Shown here: positions 16,990-27,600 of the stretch, one piece after another
Numbering within the stretch: the stretch's first letter is position 1
Layout of the letters: every line of letters begins with the position of its first letter
Assembly (NCBI GenBank): GCA_023447335.1
Contig: JAEXOD010000241.1
Coordinates: forward strand, 6,157-38,156
Direction of reading: 5' to 3'
DNA length: 32,000 bases
Origin: Bacteroidota bacterium
GTDB lineage: Bacteria; Bacteroidota; Ignavibacteria; Ignavibacteriales; Melioribacteraceae
Translations under genes and position numbers: made by a program
The notes under the pieces: model-generated
The model's input: only the letters and a program-made list of their open reading frames with translations
Databases searched by the model: none
Told to the model about the DNA's origin: nothing

Positions 16990-17910
16990 TTATACGATGC
17001 CATTTTTTTCTGCAATTTTTGTAACAAGGTTATTAATTTCAGTAATTATCTTATCATTAGGGAAATAATCGTTATTATTTGTTAATTCCTTAAGCCTTTG
17101 TTTTATACGACTGTAGTTGTTTTTTGATAAACAATCTCTTGACGATTCTAATTCTTCTAGTAAATTATTGTAACCTATTGAATAAATTCCAGCCACCAGC
17201 AATCTGTTCATAAAATCTTTCTGTGTGCTATTTTCAGCAATGGTACCCAGAGTGGGCACGGAGTTTTTTTCAATATCATTAAATCTTTTATACCACCTGT
17301 TTATCAAGGTATTATATATATTGTCAGTTAACATTTCTCTAACGAATATCCCTTTTCCAAAAAAATTTTTTAAGTTACTTTTCATGCGTAATTCATAGCG
17401 AAGAAATTTTTTGCCTCGAAAAAAGGATGGGATATCCTCTTTACGTTTTATTACCTCTTTGACCTTATCATAAAAAGTTATCGTTTCACGTGAAGTATGA
17501 AATGTTAATGTACTATTACTATAACCTTTTTTCTTAAATTTGGGAACACCTTTTAAAACATTTAAATAATAGTGACATGCTTTTTTTACTTCTAAGTTTG
17601 CCGCAATATCAATTCTCGTAATTTTAGCATCTAGTAAATTAATATTTAATTCGCCTGAAAGTTTATTAATAGCCTCTCGTATTTCCTGCAAAGTTAAATC
17701 GTATATATTGCTACCCTTATAATATTTAGATAACGACCCAGATATGTATATCATACCTCTAAAAAGACGTATTTTAAAATTATGAAACATCCCTTCAATT
17801 TTTTGATCCCCCTCATCGTTATTTATCCTATATCTTTTAGTAAGCTTCTCTGAAACATAAAAAACTTCATCAGGGGTTATATTAATATTAATGTTTATAG
17901 TATCTACCAT
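16990..17910 (-). CDS. replication initiator-like protein (phage gene II/X or Rep_trans type, rolling-circle class)
   Basis: The blocks ISGSLSKYYKGSNIYDLT, ITRIDIAANLEV, ITFYDKVKEV and LRYELRMK resemble those families. Assignment rests on remembered motifs only. Confidence 0.5.
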   Translation of the reverse strand: MVDTINININITPDEVFYVSEKLTKRYRINNDEGDQKIEGMFHNFKIRLFRGMIYISGSLSKYYKGSNIYDLTLQEIREAINKLSGELNINLLDAKITRIDIAANLEVKKACHYYLNVLKGVPKFKKKGYSNSTLTFHTSRETITFYDKVKEVIKRKEDIPSFFRGKKFLRYELRMKSNLKNFFGKGIFVREMLTDNIYNTLINRWYKRFNDIEKNSVPTLGTIAENSTQKDFMNRLLVAGIYSIGYNNLLEELESSRDCLSKNNYSRIKQRLKELTNNNDYFPNDKIITEINNLVTKIAEKNGIV

Positions 17911-17952
17911 TTCGAAATACCCTATAAAATAAAATCTTTGAATTATTGTATT

Positions 17953-17987
17953 GTGTCTTCTGTATCAAAAAACGATACCAAAGACAC
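17953..17987. promoter_or_regulatory. nested hairpin GTGTCTT..GTATC-aaaaaac-GATAC..AAGACAC between brxL and rep
   Basis: Read directly. Lies 150 nt after the brxL stop and 43 nt before the rep start. It could be the BREX operon terminator or a rep operator. Confidence 0.3.
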
Positions 17988-18136
17988 TTATTATTTAGTA
18001 AAATGAGGGAAAATAATAAAATAAATCCTCACTATAAATTGCCACGCTAATAGTAATAATATTTAATTATTAAATATATCAGCCAATTATTAACAAGAAA
18101 AAATATCACAACTAAAAAAACAAAACTGCGTTTTAA

Positions 18137-20146
18137 TTACCCTTTCCAAATATATATAATCTCACAGGCTTTGCATTTGCGCTTTTCTTGCCATAACCCC
18201 GCAATATTAAATCTACCTTCGGGTTTTAAGTATATATCTAATCCTCTGCCAAGTATTATTTTCCAACCGTTATTCATGTCGATATATCTATCATGTATGT
18301 TGGGGTTAAATTCCCACGTTAAATTAATGCCTGAATCAAATACCGTTTGCGAGATCTCTTCAAGAGTGTCGTTTGAGCTTTTTATCATCTCGTCCGGTTC
18401 GTTCCAGGTTATTACTTTTAAGTTAAGCTCTTCTTCTTCTTTCTTGTTTTTTGCTATCATTAAACAAAATTCCAGTAAATAATTCAGTTGATACGGATAT
18501 CGTAAATAAGGATCGACTAACGTGATTTCCGTACTTCCTTGAATATAATCTGCAAATAAGTTTTCGTATGAAATACCTTCTTGATTATCTATTATAGAAA
18601 TATGCTTGGGCTTTAGCGTTTTGTTAACTTCCTTTTCGGTAAAAATAATCTCTTTGTTATTGTTGCCGTCTAATAACTCATCTTCGTCGATTATTTTATA
18701 TTGTTTGTTTTCCAGAGTCTCTATTTTAACAAACTTGTTGTTGTACTTATCTAAATATCCAAAATTAACTTTTTCAAAAGTATCATCGATAATTAGTAAT
18801 TGATCTTTTACTCTTTTACGCCCTTCAATCGCAAAGTTAATTAATTCAATCGCTTCTTCATATTTTAATTTACCCGAAGGGTATATTATTTTTACCAGTC
18901 CGGAAAATGTTTTTAATATTCCGTCTCTATCCCTTGTAGTAATCGAACTATCCAATTCAACAAATTCATTTAGCAATTGAGCATAATCGTCTTTTCGTAA
19001 TTCTTTTAATATTTCGGCAAGGTAATCAACAATAAAACCGTAACCCGAAGTAAACATTTCACCGCGTAATTTATCAACTTCCCAGCCCGGTACATACGTG
19101 TGTATTCTATCTAAAAACGCACTGTCAATATATGTTTTTGGCAATGAAATAAATAGATGTGCATTCTTTATCATGAAAGCAACGGAGTGCTCCGTATTAC
19201 CGACAAATACAAACGAGCCTGTAGCTCCCATTACATCAGTACCGCGCGAAAATGTCTTATTTGCCATGTAATTTTTCATTATATCAACTAACTTTCTATC
19301 AACCGTCTTATTGCTTCCGGCAAATTCGTCAAAGGTTATTACATCCCAAAAACCGACAAGCCCTATTTGACCCGTAGTATTGTTAACAAATAGTTTAGGA
19401 GCCGTAACTTCGCCTCCCGATATTAATATACCGTGCGGAGATAATTCGGAAAATATATGCGATTTACCCGTTCCCTTTGGTCCAAGTTCAATATAATTAT
19501 AATTATTTTCACAAAAAGGGATTAATCGACTTAATTGAATTAGCTTGCTTCTAAAAGTAAATCGGCTTGGTACAAAACCGATGCTTTGAATAAGCAAATC
19601 TATCCATTCATCTTTTGTAAATTCTTCTCGTAATGCAATATATTCTTCTAAATCGACTTTCGATATCTGTATGGGCTTTAACTCAACAATTAACCAAGGA
19701 ACACTTTCCTCATCGGGATTATGGAAATACTCTAATGTAATTATTGACCAAACACCTCCGGCAAGAATTTTTTTGTGTTGTTTAATCAATTGAGGGCTAA
19801 TTATTATTCGTTTTATACCTAAATTGCTAAACGATGCCTCGTAAACGTCTTTTTTTTCGTTTAGTACCGCCGAAACTTTATCTATTACTTTGAATTTCCC
19901 TTTTTCGCGGATAATAGATTTTATAAATTCCGCTTCGTCCCTATTAACAAAATGATCTCGAATTATAGTTTTTACTTTATCTAACCCTTGATTTATTATT
20001 TCTTCATCCGAAGAAGCACAATGCTGTCCCAATAAATACTCTAAAACATAACTCGGTACAACCGCATTCCCTTTTATTATCTTTGCCAAGTCTTTTCTTA
20101 CTACTTTGCCTTCAAAATATTTATTAATTTTGTCCTGCAACTCCAT
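18137..20146 (-). CDS. brxL: BREX protein BrxL (Lon-like protease / AAA-type ATPase)
   Basis: 669 aa with P-loop GPKGTGKSH. Terminal position in the operon, with a 1-nt overlap with pglZ. Confidence 0.88.
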   Translation of the reverse strand: MELQDKINKYFEGKVVRKDLAKIIKGNAVVPSYVLEYLLGQHCASSDEEIINQGLDKVKTIIRDHFVNRDEAEFIKSIIREKGKFKVIDKVSAVLNEKKDVYEASFSNLGIKRIIISPQLIKQHKKILAGGVWSIITLEYFHNPDEESVPWLIVELKPIQISKVDLEEYIALREEFTKDEWIDLLIQSIGFVPSRFTFRSKLIQLSRLIPFCENNYNYIELGPKGTGKSHIFSELSPHGILISGGEVTAPKLFVNNTTGQIGLVGFWDVITFDEFAGSNKTVDRKLVDIMKNYMANKTFSRGTDVMGATGSFVFVGNTEHSVAFMIKNAHLFISLPKTYIDSAFLDRIHTYVPGWEVDKLRGEMFTSGYGFIVDYLAEILKELRKDDYAQLLNEFVELDSSITTRDRDGILKTFSGLVKIIYPSGKLKYEEAIELINFAIEGRKRVKDQLLIIDDTFEKVNFGYLDKYNNKFVKIETLENKQYKIIDEDELLDGNNNKEIIFTEKEVNKTLKPKHISIIDNQEGISYENLFADYIQGSTEITLVDPYLRYPYQLNYLLEFCLMIAKNKKEEEELNLKVITWNEPDEMIKSSNDTLEEISQTVFDSGINLTWEFNPNIHDRYIDMNNGWKIILGRGLDIYLKPEGRFNIAGLWQEKRKCKACEIIYIWKG

Positions 20147-22746
20147 TAAAACTCCGGTTCAATTAATGTTTGATTAATTACCGTTAATTTTATTAAAGGA
20201 TTAATTTTACTTAAATCCTTTGTGTGATTATATAAAATTAAATATAATTGGTTGTTTTTATTGATACCGTACTGCAAATTTAAAATGATTTCTTTCGTTC
20301 TCTCGGTTGGGTTCTCCGAAACGGAATCCAGCATAATAACCTGCTCGTTTGATACAAGTTTTCCGAATTCATCATAAATACCCGCACTTATTTCTATTTC
20401 TCTATATCCTTCATCTATAGCTCTTTCTTGTAATATAGTTACTTTTAATGAGCTTGATACTATTGTAAGTTTTTGATTAATTATCTTAAAAGGAACAACT
20501 TCGGTTACTTCCTCTCTTTTTTTAATACTTTCTATTATCGGAATTATTAACTCTTGAACCGATGCCCCACCATGTACAAATAGCGCTCCGTGTCCTTGTC
20601 TTTTATATCGGTTAATAGCTTTTGGTATTGTTATATAATTATTCGTTTTAATATTAGAGCACTTGGACATTTCAAAAATATAACTTTCGGTATCAACTCT
20701 TTTTGAAAATACCGAATACCTATTATGGTTTACCAATGCTTCGCTATCCGGCAACTTTTCATACATCGCTTCGGGTAAATCGCTATGATTATATAAAAAC
20801 CCATGGTCTGCAGTAACTATTATGCGTGCAACATTATAAGAAGAATGTATTTTTTTAATTAGTATTGTTAAATCTTTAATTGTTTTTCTAACGGCATCAA
20901 CCGTCTGTTTTTCGGTGTTTCTGTCATCCCCTATTGCATCTATATGGTTATGATAAATATAAACTACCTTGTTTTTAAATAGCTCTCTCGCTTCCTCTCT
21001 GCCAAGACTATTTACATAATCATAAGTAACGGCTTTGCTTTCGGTATTTCTTTTTTTTAGAATTTTATCCCTGTTCTCTACTCCCTCGGTTGATATTCCG
21101 TCAATAATAAATGTTTCATTATTAAAGTCTATCTCCCTATACGGAAGTAAATTTGCCATCCCTTGTTTTGTGTTTGAAGGAATAGATGCCAAAGCATGTT
21201 TTATTTCGAGCATAAACTTAGGGTCTTTTTTTAACTCTTCGGCAAGATCCGCCGCACACTCATATCTAAAAGCATCCGAAATTATAACTGCTACTTTATT
21301 ATCGCTTTTTTCTATAAATTTGTTATAAAATTCGTATTGTTTTGTTACCTGTATATTATTAAATTCAAAGTTAAAGTCTTTTATGCATTTTATCCAGCCT
21401 TTATTATAATCAATTAAGAACTTAACATAACCGTTTTGCATTTTCCCAATTAAAAGATCGGAATCAAAGTTATCTTTAATTGTTTCATATACAGGGAAAT
21501 CGGCTGATATTTCCAATGCTTTTCTAAAATAGGTATCTACTAAATAAAATGTTTCGGTATATTTTGCAATATATTCTTCCGGATTATTATAAATATACCC
21601 GCCGGAAGAGCTTAATATGTTATTAATATTTGCATAATAAATTAAAAATTTAACAAAATAACCTAACTCGCTTTTACTTTCAATTGATTCGGAAAGTATA
21701 TTGTTTAATGATTTTATTACTCCGCTCGGGTTAAGTTCAATGCCCTTAATTACAATTTTTATAATGTTTATAACAAAATTATTACCGTAATAACCATATA
21801 TTTGGTCAACACCGTAAGTTTCCAAAATTTTTACTTCGTCTATATCGCTTGCCAAATTATCCCAAACCAAATCAAGTTGTTTTGAAAGGGTTATATGCTT
21901 ACGCCAATCGTTAAATAATGTTGTTATTCCGTTTAAGTATCTACTATCGGTTATATTATGTATAAAGTATCTATCAAGGGTATCTTTGTAGGCAAGTTCT
22001 TTTTTTGATTTTTGAGCTGTTTTTATTTCTTTTGTTATGTTTTTTGTAAGTATGTTATACTTTATTTGAACAGCCAACGACTTAAAAAGCTGAGGCGATA
22101 AGGCTATTTCATCATATTTATTATCTTCCCTTAATCCAAAATAAGTATTAATTATACTTGATACCAAAGATTCGGCATCTATTTCTTTTATCTTTTCAAT
22201 TACTTTTTCGGCATTGTTTTCCAAAAGAGTTGTTATTAACCTTATAATTAATAAAGTATCGTCTTCGGTTTCGTGTGCATTCAAAAAACAGAATACCAAT
22301 CCTTTTTTTAAGCTCGTTTCGTTAAAATTAATATCGTTTAATATTCTTGCCAAAACAGTCTTGTGTTTTTTAATCTTCAAGTATTTAATATACTTTTTTA
22401 TTAAAGGTCTATTTATATCGCTTAAATTAAATTCCTTAATTATGTCTTCCGCTTCGTCCAAATACAATGTTTTGTTTGCAACCAATATATCCAGTAAAAC
22501 AAATCGCTTTCTGTCTTCTCCTTTTGGTTCGCCGGTATTAAAATATAAAAACACTTTTTCGTTTTTTAGAGCAGCCTCTAAATTATATTTTAAGGTAAAC
22601 AAATTATTTCCGGCAATTACTAATTTAATTTCGCCGGCATTAAAGTTTTCTATTTCGTTAAGATGCTCTTTTTCGGCATCAAAAAAGAAGAGTACTTTTA
22701 ACTTTGGAAACCTTTTAAAGTATTCGATAACTTTTTGGTCTAACAT
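20146..22746 (-). CDS. pglZ: BREX alkaline-phosphatase-fold protein PglZ
   Basis: 866 aa with the PglZ core IIVTADHGFLY. Sits between the pglX side and brxL. Confidence 0.9.
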   Translation of the reverse strand: MLDQKVIEYFKRFPKLKVLFFFDAEKEHLNEIENFNAGEIKLVIAGNNLFTLKYNLEAALKNEKVFLYFNTGEPKGEDRKRFVLLDILVANKTLYLDEAEDIIKEFNLSDINRPLIKKYIKYLKIKKHKTVLARILNDINFNETSLKKGLVFCFLNAHETEDDTLLIIRLITTLLENNAEKVIEKIKEIDAESLVSSIINTYFGLREDNKYDEIALSPQLFKSLAVQIKYNILTKNITKEIKTAQKSKKELAYKDTLDRYFIHNITDSRYLNGITTLFNDWRKHITLSKQLDLVWDNLASDIDEVKILETYGVDQIYGYYGNNFVINIIKIVIKGIELNPSGVIKSLNNILSESIESKSELGYFVKFLIYYANINNILSSSGGYIYNNPEEYIAKYTETFYLVDTYFRKALEISADFPVYETIKDNFDSDLLIGKMQNGYVKFLIDYNKGWIKCIKDFNFEFNNIQVTKQYEFYNKFIEKSDNKVAVIISDAFRYECAADLAEELKKDPKFMLEIKHALASIPSNTKQGMANLLPYREIDFNNETFIIDGISTEGVENRDKILKKRNTESKAVTYDYVNSLGREEARELFKNKVVYIYHNHIDAIGDDRNTEKQTVDAVRKTIKDLTILIKKIHSSYNVARIIVTADHGFLYNHSDLPEAMYEKLPDSEALVNHNRYSVFSKRVDTESYIFEMSKCSNIKTNNYITIPKAINRYKRQGHGALFVHGGASVQELIIPIIESIKKREEVTEVVPFKIINQKLTIVSSSLKVTILQERAIDEGYREIEISAGIYDEFGKLVSNEQVIMLDSVSENPTERTKEIILNLQYGINKNNQLYLILYNHTKDLSKINPLIKLTVINQTLIEPEF

Positions 22747-22763
22747 AATTTTATTTTCGCCAA

Positions 22764-22841
22764 TTATTTAAGTTTAGTTAAAATATCATTAAATCGTGCA
22801 TAATTTGTGGTTACCCTGTCATCCAAATCAAAATCTATTTG
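22764..22841 (-). pseudogene. relic of a pglX 3' end (last 25 codons plus stop) 17 nt upstream of pglZ
   Basis: Translates QIDFDLDDRVTTNYARFNDILTKLK*, against the live PglX C-terminus QIDFDLDDGVTANYQKFEGIVVPIK*. A 21-nt exact match GTCATCCAAATCAAAATCTAT occurs at 22818-22838 and 24661-24681. Confidence 0.7.
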
Positions 22842-22864
22842 ATAAATTATATAATGCCAAATAC

Positions 22865-24595
22865 TTAGTTATTATCCTCTATTAATTCAATGTCGTATTT
22901 TTCTTTTAAGAAATTAAGCATAAGTTCTCGTCTTTTTTCAATAAACAATTTAGGATTACTCCAAACTTCATTTTCAAAATCAATTTTTCCATTATTTTTC
23001 GGGAAAAGGAAATCATAGTTATCAATATATTTACTTCCAAAAATCTCCTCTCCTGCTTTCAGTTTGTAATCATCGGTAAAAAATAACTTGGGGTGAATAT
23101 TTGATTTATAAATATTTACATCACCGGGTGCAGGCTGCATATTCCAAATTATATCAACCATTTTCCTATAGTTTTCATCTTGTCCTTTTAATCGCTGTGG
23201 ATATATGTGATCTATCTCTGGGTTAAAGCGTCCCTTGATTGTCGGATCAAACAGATATTCTCTGTTGGGAGTTAAAACTTTTAACGCAAACCATCTATAA
23301 TCAATGAAATTCTTCTCTGAAATTTCAAGGAAGCGTTTTTTATCAATACTGACATAAGATTCTATCAAATCCGATGGAAAATCAAACATTCCTTTTATTA
23401 GATCTGCTTGCTCAATAATTATTTTAGTAAAATTATCAATATAGCTTTGTAAATTCCAATCATTAATTTGTGACTTAATTAAAAATCGACTTATTTTTTT
23501 TATGCTTATCGGTGCAATATCCTTATACTTAAATCCTATTTTATAAAGTTTATAAAAATATACCATAATCGGCAACAAAGCATTACTCCTTGGAATAATA
23601 GATGAATTGTTTATCTTAAATCCATTATAAAGATAATCTCTGAAGAAAGATAATAAGGGTTCTTCCAATTCCTTCCATGTATCTACAAATGTTTTTCTAT
23701 CAGATTTAACAACTTTTTTATGATCTAATCTACTTGTTCCTTTTACAATCAGGTTTAATAATTGCAAAATGCTGTATGCATTAAAAGAATATCCATTGTG
23801 GGTTAATTTGTATATTTTTTTTGAACTTTTTTGAAGATCTTCTTCAAAATTTGCAAATTCTTTTTTTATTTCTGTGAAGACAAGGTCTGCTAATGTTAAT
23901 GACATGCCTCCTGTATTTAATCTTTCAAATACATCATTTACAATCGTTTCTTCTTGAACTTTTAATGGATAAAATGATAATGATTTCTTATCAGTATCCA
24001 CAAAAATAGACCATAATAAATCAATTTTTTGCTCTATTATTTCCGCTTGTAATGCTGAAATACTTTCAGTCTTTTGAATTATTTTTCTTCTAAATTGAAA
24101 TTTTTCACCAGTATTCTTAGAAAATATTTCATTCATTCTTACAAAATTCCAACCAATTTCAGAGTTCTTTTCTACAAACGAGAAACCTGTTTTATCTCTG
24201 TCATTATCATCAGTATCATTAGATATCAGGTCGTAAATCAGAATTTTATCGTTAAATGTAAATTGAAGGCAGCTATATAATGTTTGTAATCTTTGCTGTC
24301 CATCATAAATCAACCCCTTTCCGCTTTTCCCATGTTGTCCTTTATCGACTAATTCCGGAAAATTGTCAGGACAATAATCACCGATGAATCTTCTATATGG
24401 TATTTCTTGATCGGTTTCCCAAACAATTAATCCTCCGATAGGATATCCTTTCAAAATAGAATCAAACAATTTACATATATATCTCTCACTTTCATATCTG
24501 CTTCCCCAAACATAGGGTCTTTGTACTGCAGGTAAAAACCAGTCTTTATTGATTTTTAAGATGGCTTCTTTCACGGAAATAGGTAAATACGACAT
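22865..24595 (-). CDS. DUF262/DUF1524 GmrSD-family type IV restriction enzyme (BrxU-like), embedded in the BREX operon
   Basis: N-terminal DUF262 blocks LPAVQRPYVWG and DGQQRLQTL. C-terminal DUF1524 His-Me-finger-like blocks EIDHIYPQ and WNMQPAPGDVNIYKSN. Confidence 0.85.
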   Translation of the reverse strand: MSYLPISVKEAILKINKDWFLPAVQRPYVWGSRYESERYICKLFDSILKGYPIGGLIVWETDQEIPYRRFIGDYCPDNFPELVDKGQHGKSGKGLIYDGQQRLQTLYSCLQFTFNDKILIYDLISNDTDDNDRDKTGFSFVEKNSEIGWNFVRMNEIFSKNTGEKFQFRRKIIQKTESISALQAEIIEQKIDLLWSIFVDTDKKSLSFYPLKVQEETIVNDVFERLNTGGMSLTLADLVFTEIKKEFANFEEDLQKSSKKIYKLTHNGYSFNAYSILQLLNLIVKGTSRLDHKKVVKSDRKTFVDTWKELEEPLLSFFRDYLYNGFKINNSSIIPRSNALLPIMVYFYKLYKIGFKYKDIAPISIKKISRFLIKSQINDWNLQSYIDNFTKIIIEQADLIKGMFDFPSDLIESYVSIDKKRFLEISEKNFIDYRWFALKVLTPNREYLFDPTIKGRFNPEIDHIYPQRLKGQDENYRKMVDIIWNMQPAPGDVNIYKSNIHPKLFFTDDYKLKAGEEIFGSKYIDNYDFLFPKNNGKIDFENEVWSNPKLFIEKRRELMLNFLKEKYDIELIEDNN

Positions 24596-24606
24596 TTTTC
24601 CTCCGT

Positions 24607-27600
24607 TTATTTTATTGGAACGACTATTCCTTCAAATTTTTGGTAATTAGCGGTTACTCCGTCATCCAAATCAAAATCTATCTGCTTATCTGCTTTATCT
24701 TTTACAAGCATATCGTAATCTTTGCATTCCAATTCTTCATTGCGTAATTTATCCAAAAGTTTATCTTCGGCAGGAGTTCTTGTCTTTTTGCTTAACTGCT
24801 CAATATTGTTGCGTAAAAAACTTAAATGCCTTAATAAATAGTTGTTCCGTATTTTTTGTATAGTGTATTTATTCATTCTATGCATATATACCAACACTTT
24901 AAACGAACCGTTTGAAGATGCAAATACCCAATAAATAGGCTTTTTTTGATACATTTTATAGTGGTATTGCCAAAACTTTTCGGTTAAAAATTTATCCATA
25001 TCCATACCCAAACATTCGTTTATAAAATTAATGTTTTCGGTTATGGTATCTTGCCCAAACGAGGCTTCCAAAAAATTACGCATTCTAACGGTAATATCAT
25101 CACTAAAATTATACCCCGAACCCATTAAAGGGACTATTCCGTCTTCATCGGGCATAAAATGATTTGGGTCTTTTTCGGTTTTTTCATATACTGTTTTGTT
25201 ATATTCTTCAAGCGTATCGCCGCTATTGGCAAGTATAAGCCCCTCTTTATATAAGCTGTACCTTCCCATCATACACCCAATTGCATAACTTAAAAATTGT
25301 TTAATAATTTCGTCTTTCTTAAAAACAAGCTCGTTGTTTTCGTTTATATAATTTATGTCTTGTAATATCGTAATTTCTTTTAACGGCACTTCTGGGGTTA
25401 ACTCGTCCTGTAAACCGTATATTTCTATAAATATTCTGTTTAGTTCTTCTTCGTTTTTGTGTAATTCAAAAAATAGTTTTTTCATCTCTTCAATAAAAAC
25501 AAAATATGCAGCTTTTAGTAAGTTACTATCCTTAAGTAATAATATCTCATTTATCCGATAATCAACACTATATTCATTAATATCCCAGGATTTTTTTGCA
25601 CATTTAATATTTGCAAAAACTAATTCCTCGATGATATTTTTATATGATAATTCAACAGAAAATGGCAGTTTTAATATATCACCAACCGTAGTGTTCACCG
25701 TTGTGTTAAAACATTTTAATAGTTCCGTAACATATTTTGAATTTAGAAATGCTAGAGCTGTGTAAATATTTTTTTGTTCTTCTATTGTAATTATAGTAGG
25801 TGCTGCCGACGAAAATATTTTTCCTTTATCTTTTAATCGAAAATAAGTATTCCCAGACGACACCAAATTCCATACAATTCCTAAAACATCCCAAAATTTA
25901 TTGTTTAGCAACCCACCATGTAGGGCATAATAGCCACGTGCTTCGTTCGTCCAATTTACTATAAATAAACTATTACCATACCATTTTAAACTTGCCCCCC
26001 CATTTTCATAAAATATCCAATTATTATTAAATCCTATATCTTTCAAATTGCATTCCCAAAAATATCTCACAAATTTATTATTGTTATGTGTTTTGTTTCG
26101 ACCACCAGAAAAGAAAAAATCATTTATGGTCTTTTTATTATCGTATGGTGATAAAAATTTCTCACTTACCCAATAAGCAATCGGTGAACCGGGGATTTTT
26201 GAGAAGTTGGATTGGAGGATGTTTGCAAACCTACCATTATTCTTAATGGGAAAAATGTAAGGAGTATTTGTTTCGGGATTAATATCTTTAATTTCAAGAT
26301 AAGAATATTCCCCCTTTCGAAAATCATTATTTTTATCCAACACAAGAATAGCAGTACCAAAAGCTATACCTATAATATGCCAACCAAAATGGGTTAAAGA
26401 CACTATATTGTAATTGTCAATTATATGTGTTCGAAGTTTCTCAAAAGAAGTTAAAAACATCCAAGATTCCATCGTTATACAACTCATCCTTGCATTTACT
26501 CTTGTTAACTCAATCATTCTTTCAATAAACACAGAGAATAGATCGCTTTTTGCAATCGGGTAATTTTTATTCACATAAGCTTTTAGCTCCTCGTTCATAT
26601 TCTTTGCCCCCATATAAGGAGGATTTGCAACAACAGACAAGTATTTGTTGTTAAGCATAATTAAAACTTTTATAAAAGGTTTAAGCTCAATCCAAATGCT
26701 TTTTTTATCAACGGGCAAAAGATCTTCGTTAAATTGTTCTTCAAAATAATTATATCGGCTTTTTACCAGCTCAAAAGTATTTTTAGGCAAGTTGGTTTTT
26801 ATAACGGAACCTAAATTTTTTCCTTTGTTAAGTAATGTTAAAGCGTTTGAAATAGATGCTTTATGCTTGTTTAATTCTTCAATGGTTATATCTGTATTGT
26901 CGGGCTTAATAAATGTTTCTATTTCGGAATCGTCAAAATTATAATGCTCGGGGAAAGCTAAAATGTTTGTATCAATAGGGTTTTCAAGCAAACTTTGGTT
27001 ATATTTCCCTGCTTTTAACAATACGGCAAAGTTTGCAAGCTGTGATGCACGATCATCAATATCCAAACCAAACAAATTATTTTTAATAATAGAGGTAACG
27101 GCATTTTTTGCTGTATATCCTTCTTCTACATACATTTTTAACAACAAATCAAAACCTTCAACCAAAATATGTCCGCTTCCGCAAGCAGGATCCATTAATG
27201 TAAGCCGGATAATATCATTAATAAGCGGATCTCTTCTTTCGGTTTCCACATAATATTTTAATTCGCTTTTTAACGTACTTTCAGGTTTGTAATCCAACCA
27301 AACATTCCCTGTACTGTTTTCGGTCATATATTTAACAATCCATTTTGGCGTAAATATTTGAGTTGCTGCAGGAATGTCTTCGGCTCGTGCTTTTATATTT
27401 GACGAAAAGTTTTTAAATATTTGATCTTTTTTATCGGATATATAAAACTGATAAAGCCAACCGATTAATTCAACCTCTTTATAATCTTCATCACTTATGG
27501 CATCGTTTGTATTTATTAAATTAATTATACCGTTTGAAGAAAGTAAATTATCGGGTAATAAAAGCTCGGTATAATCGTTAATATGACCAAATATTTTATT

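Larger units (their letters stand above)
6801..17987. mobile_element. mosaic integrative/replicative element region (integrase ... AlpA/Xis, PrimPol-helicase, Rep); boundaries not determined and possibly more than one element
   Basis: Co-occurrence of a tyrosine integrase, an excisionase-like HTH protein, a primase-helicase, a Rep protein and an ori-like repeats, together with truncated genes at 10020 and 12281-12319. Confidence 0.3.

Noticed and set aside
19850-19857. Homopolymer runs (A/T)8 inside brxL (19850), the primase gene (15359-15366) and the DUF262 gene (23494-23501) as phase-variation switches
   Set aside because: Eight-nucleotide A/T runs encoding Lys-Lys are expected by composition in this AT-rich DNA. 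No longer tracts or repeats were seen in pglX.
22214-22771. Long antisense ORFs in the track (for example 22214-22771, 8379-8777, 8435-8743, 21035-21328, 26963-27253, 18171-18482, 4822-5100)
   Set aside because: They lie wholly inside much longer motif-bearing genes on the other strand or in another frame. They have low-complexity F/L/S/I-rich translations typical of shadow ORFs in AT-rich DNA.
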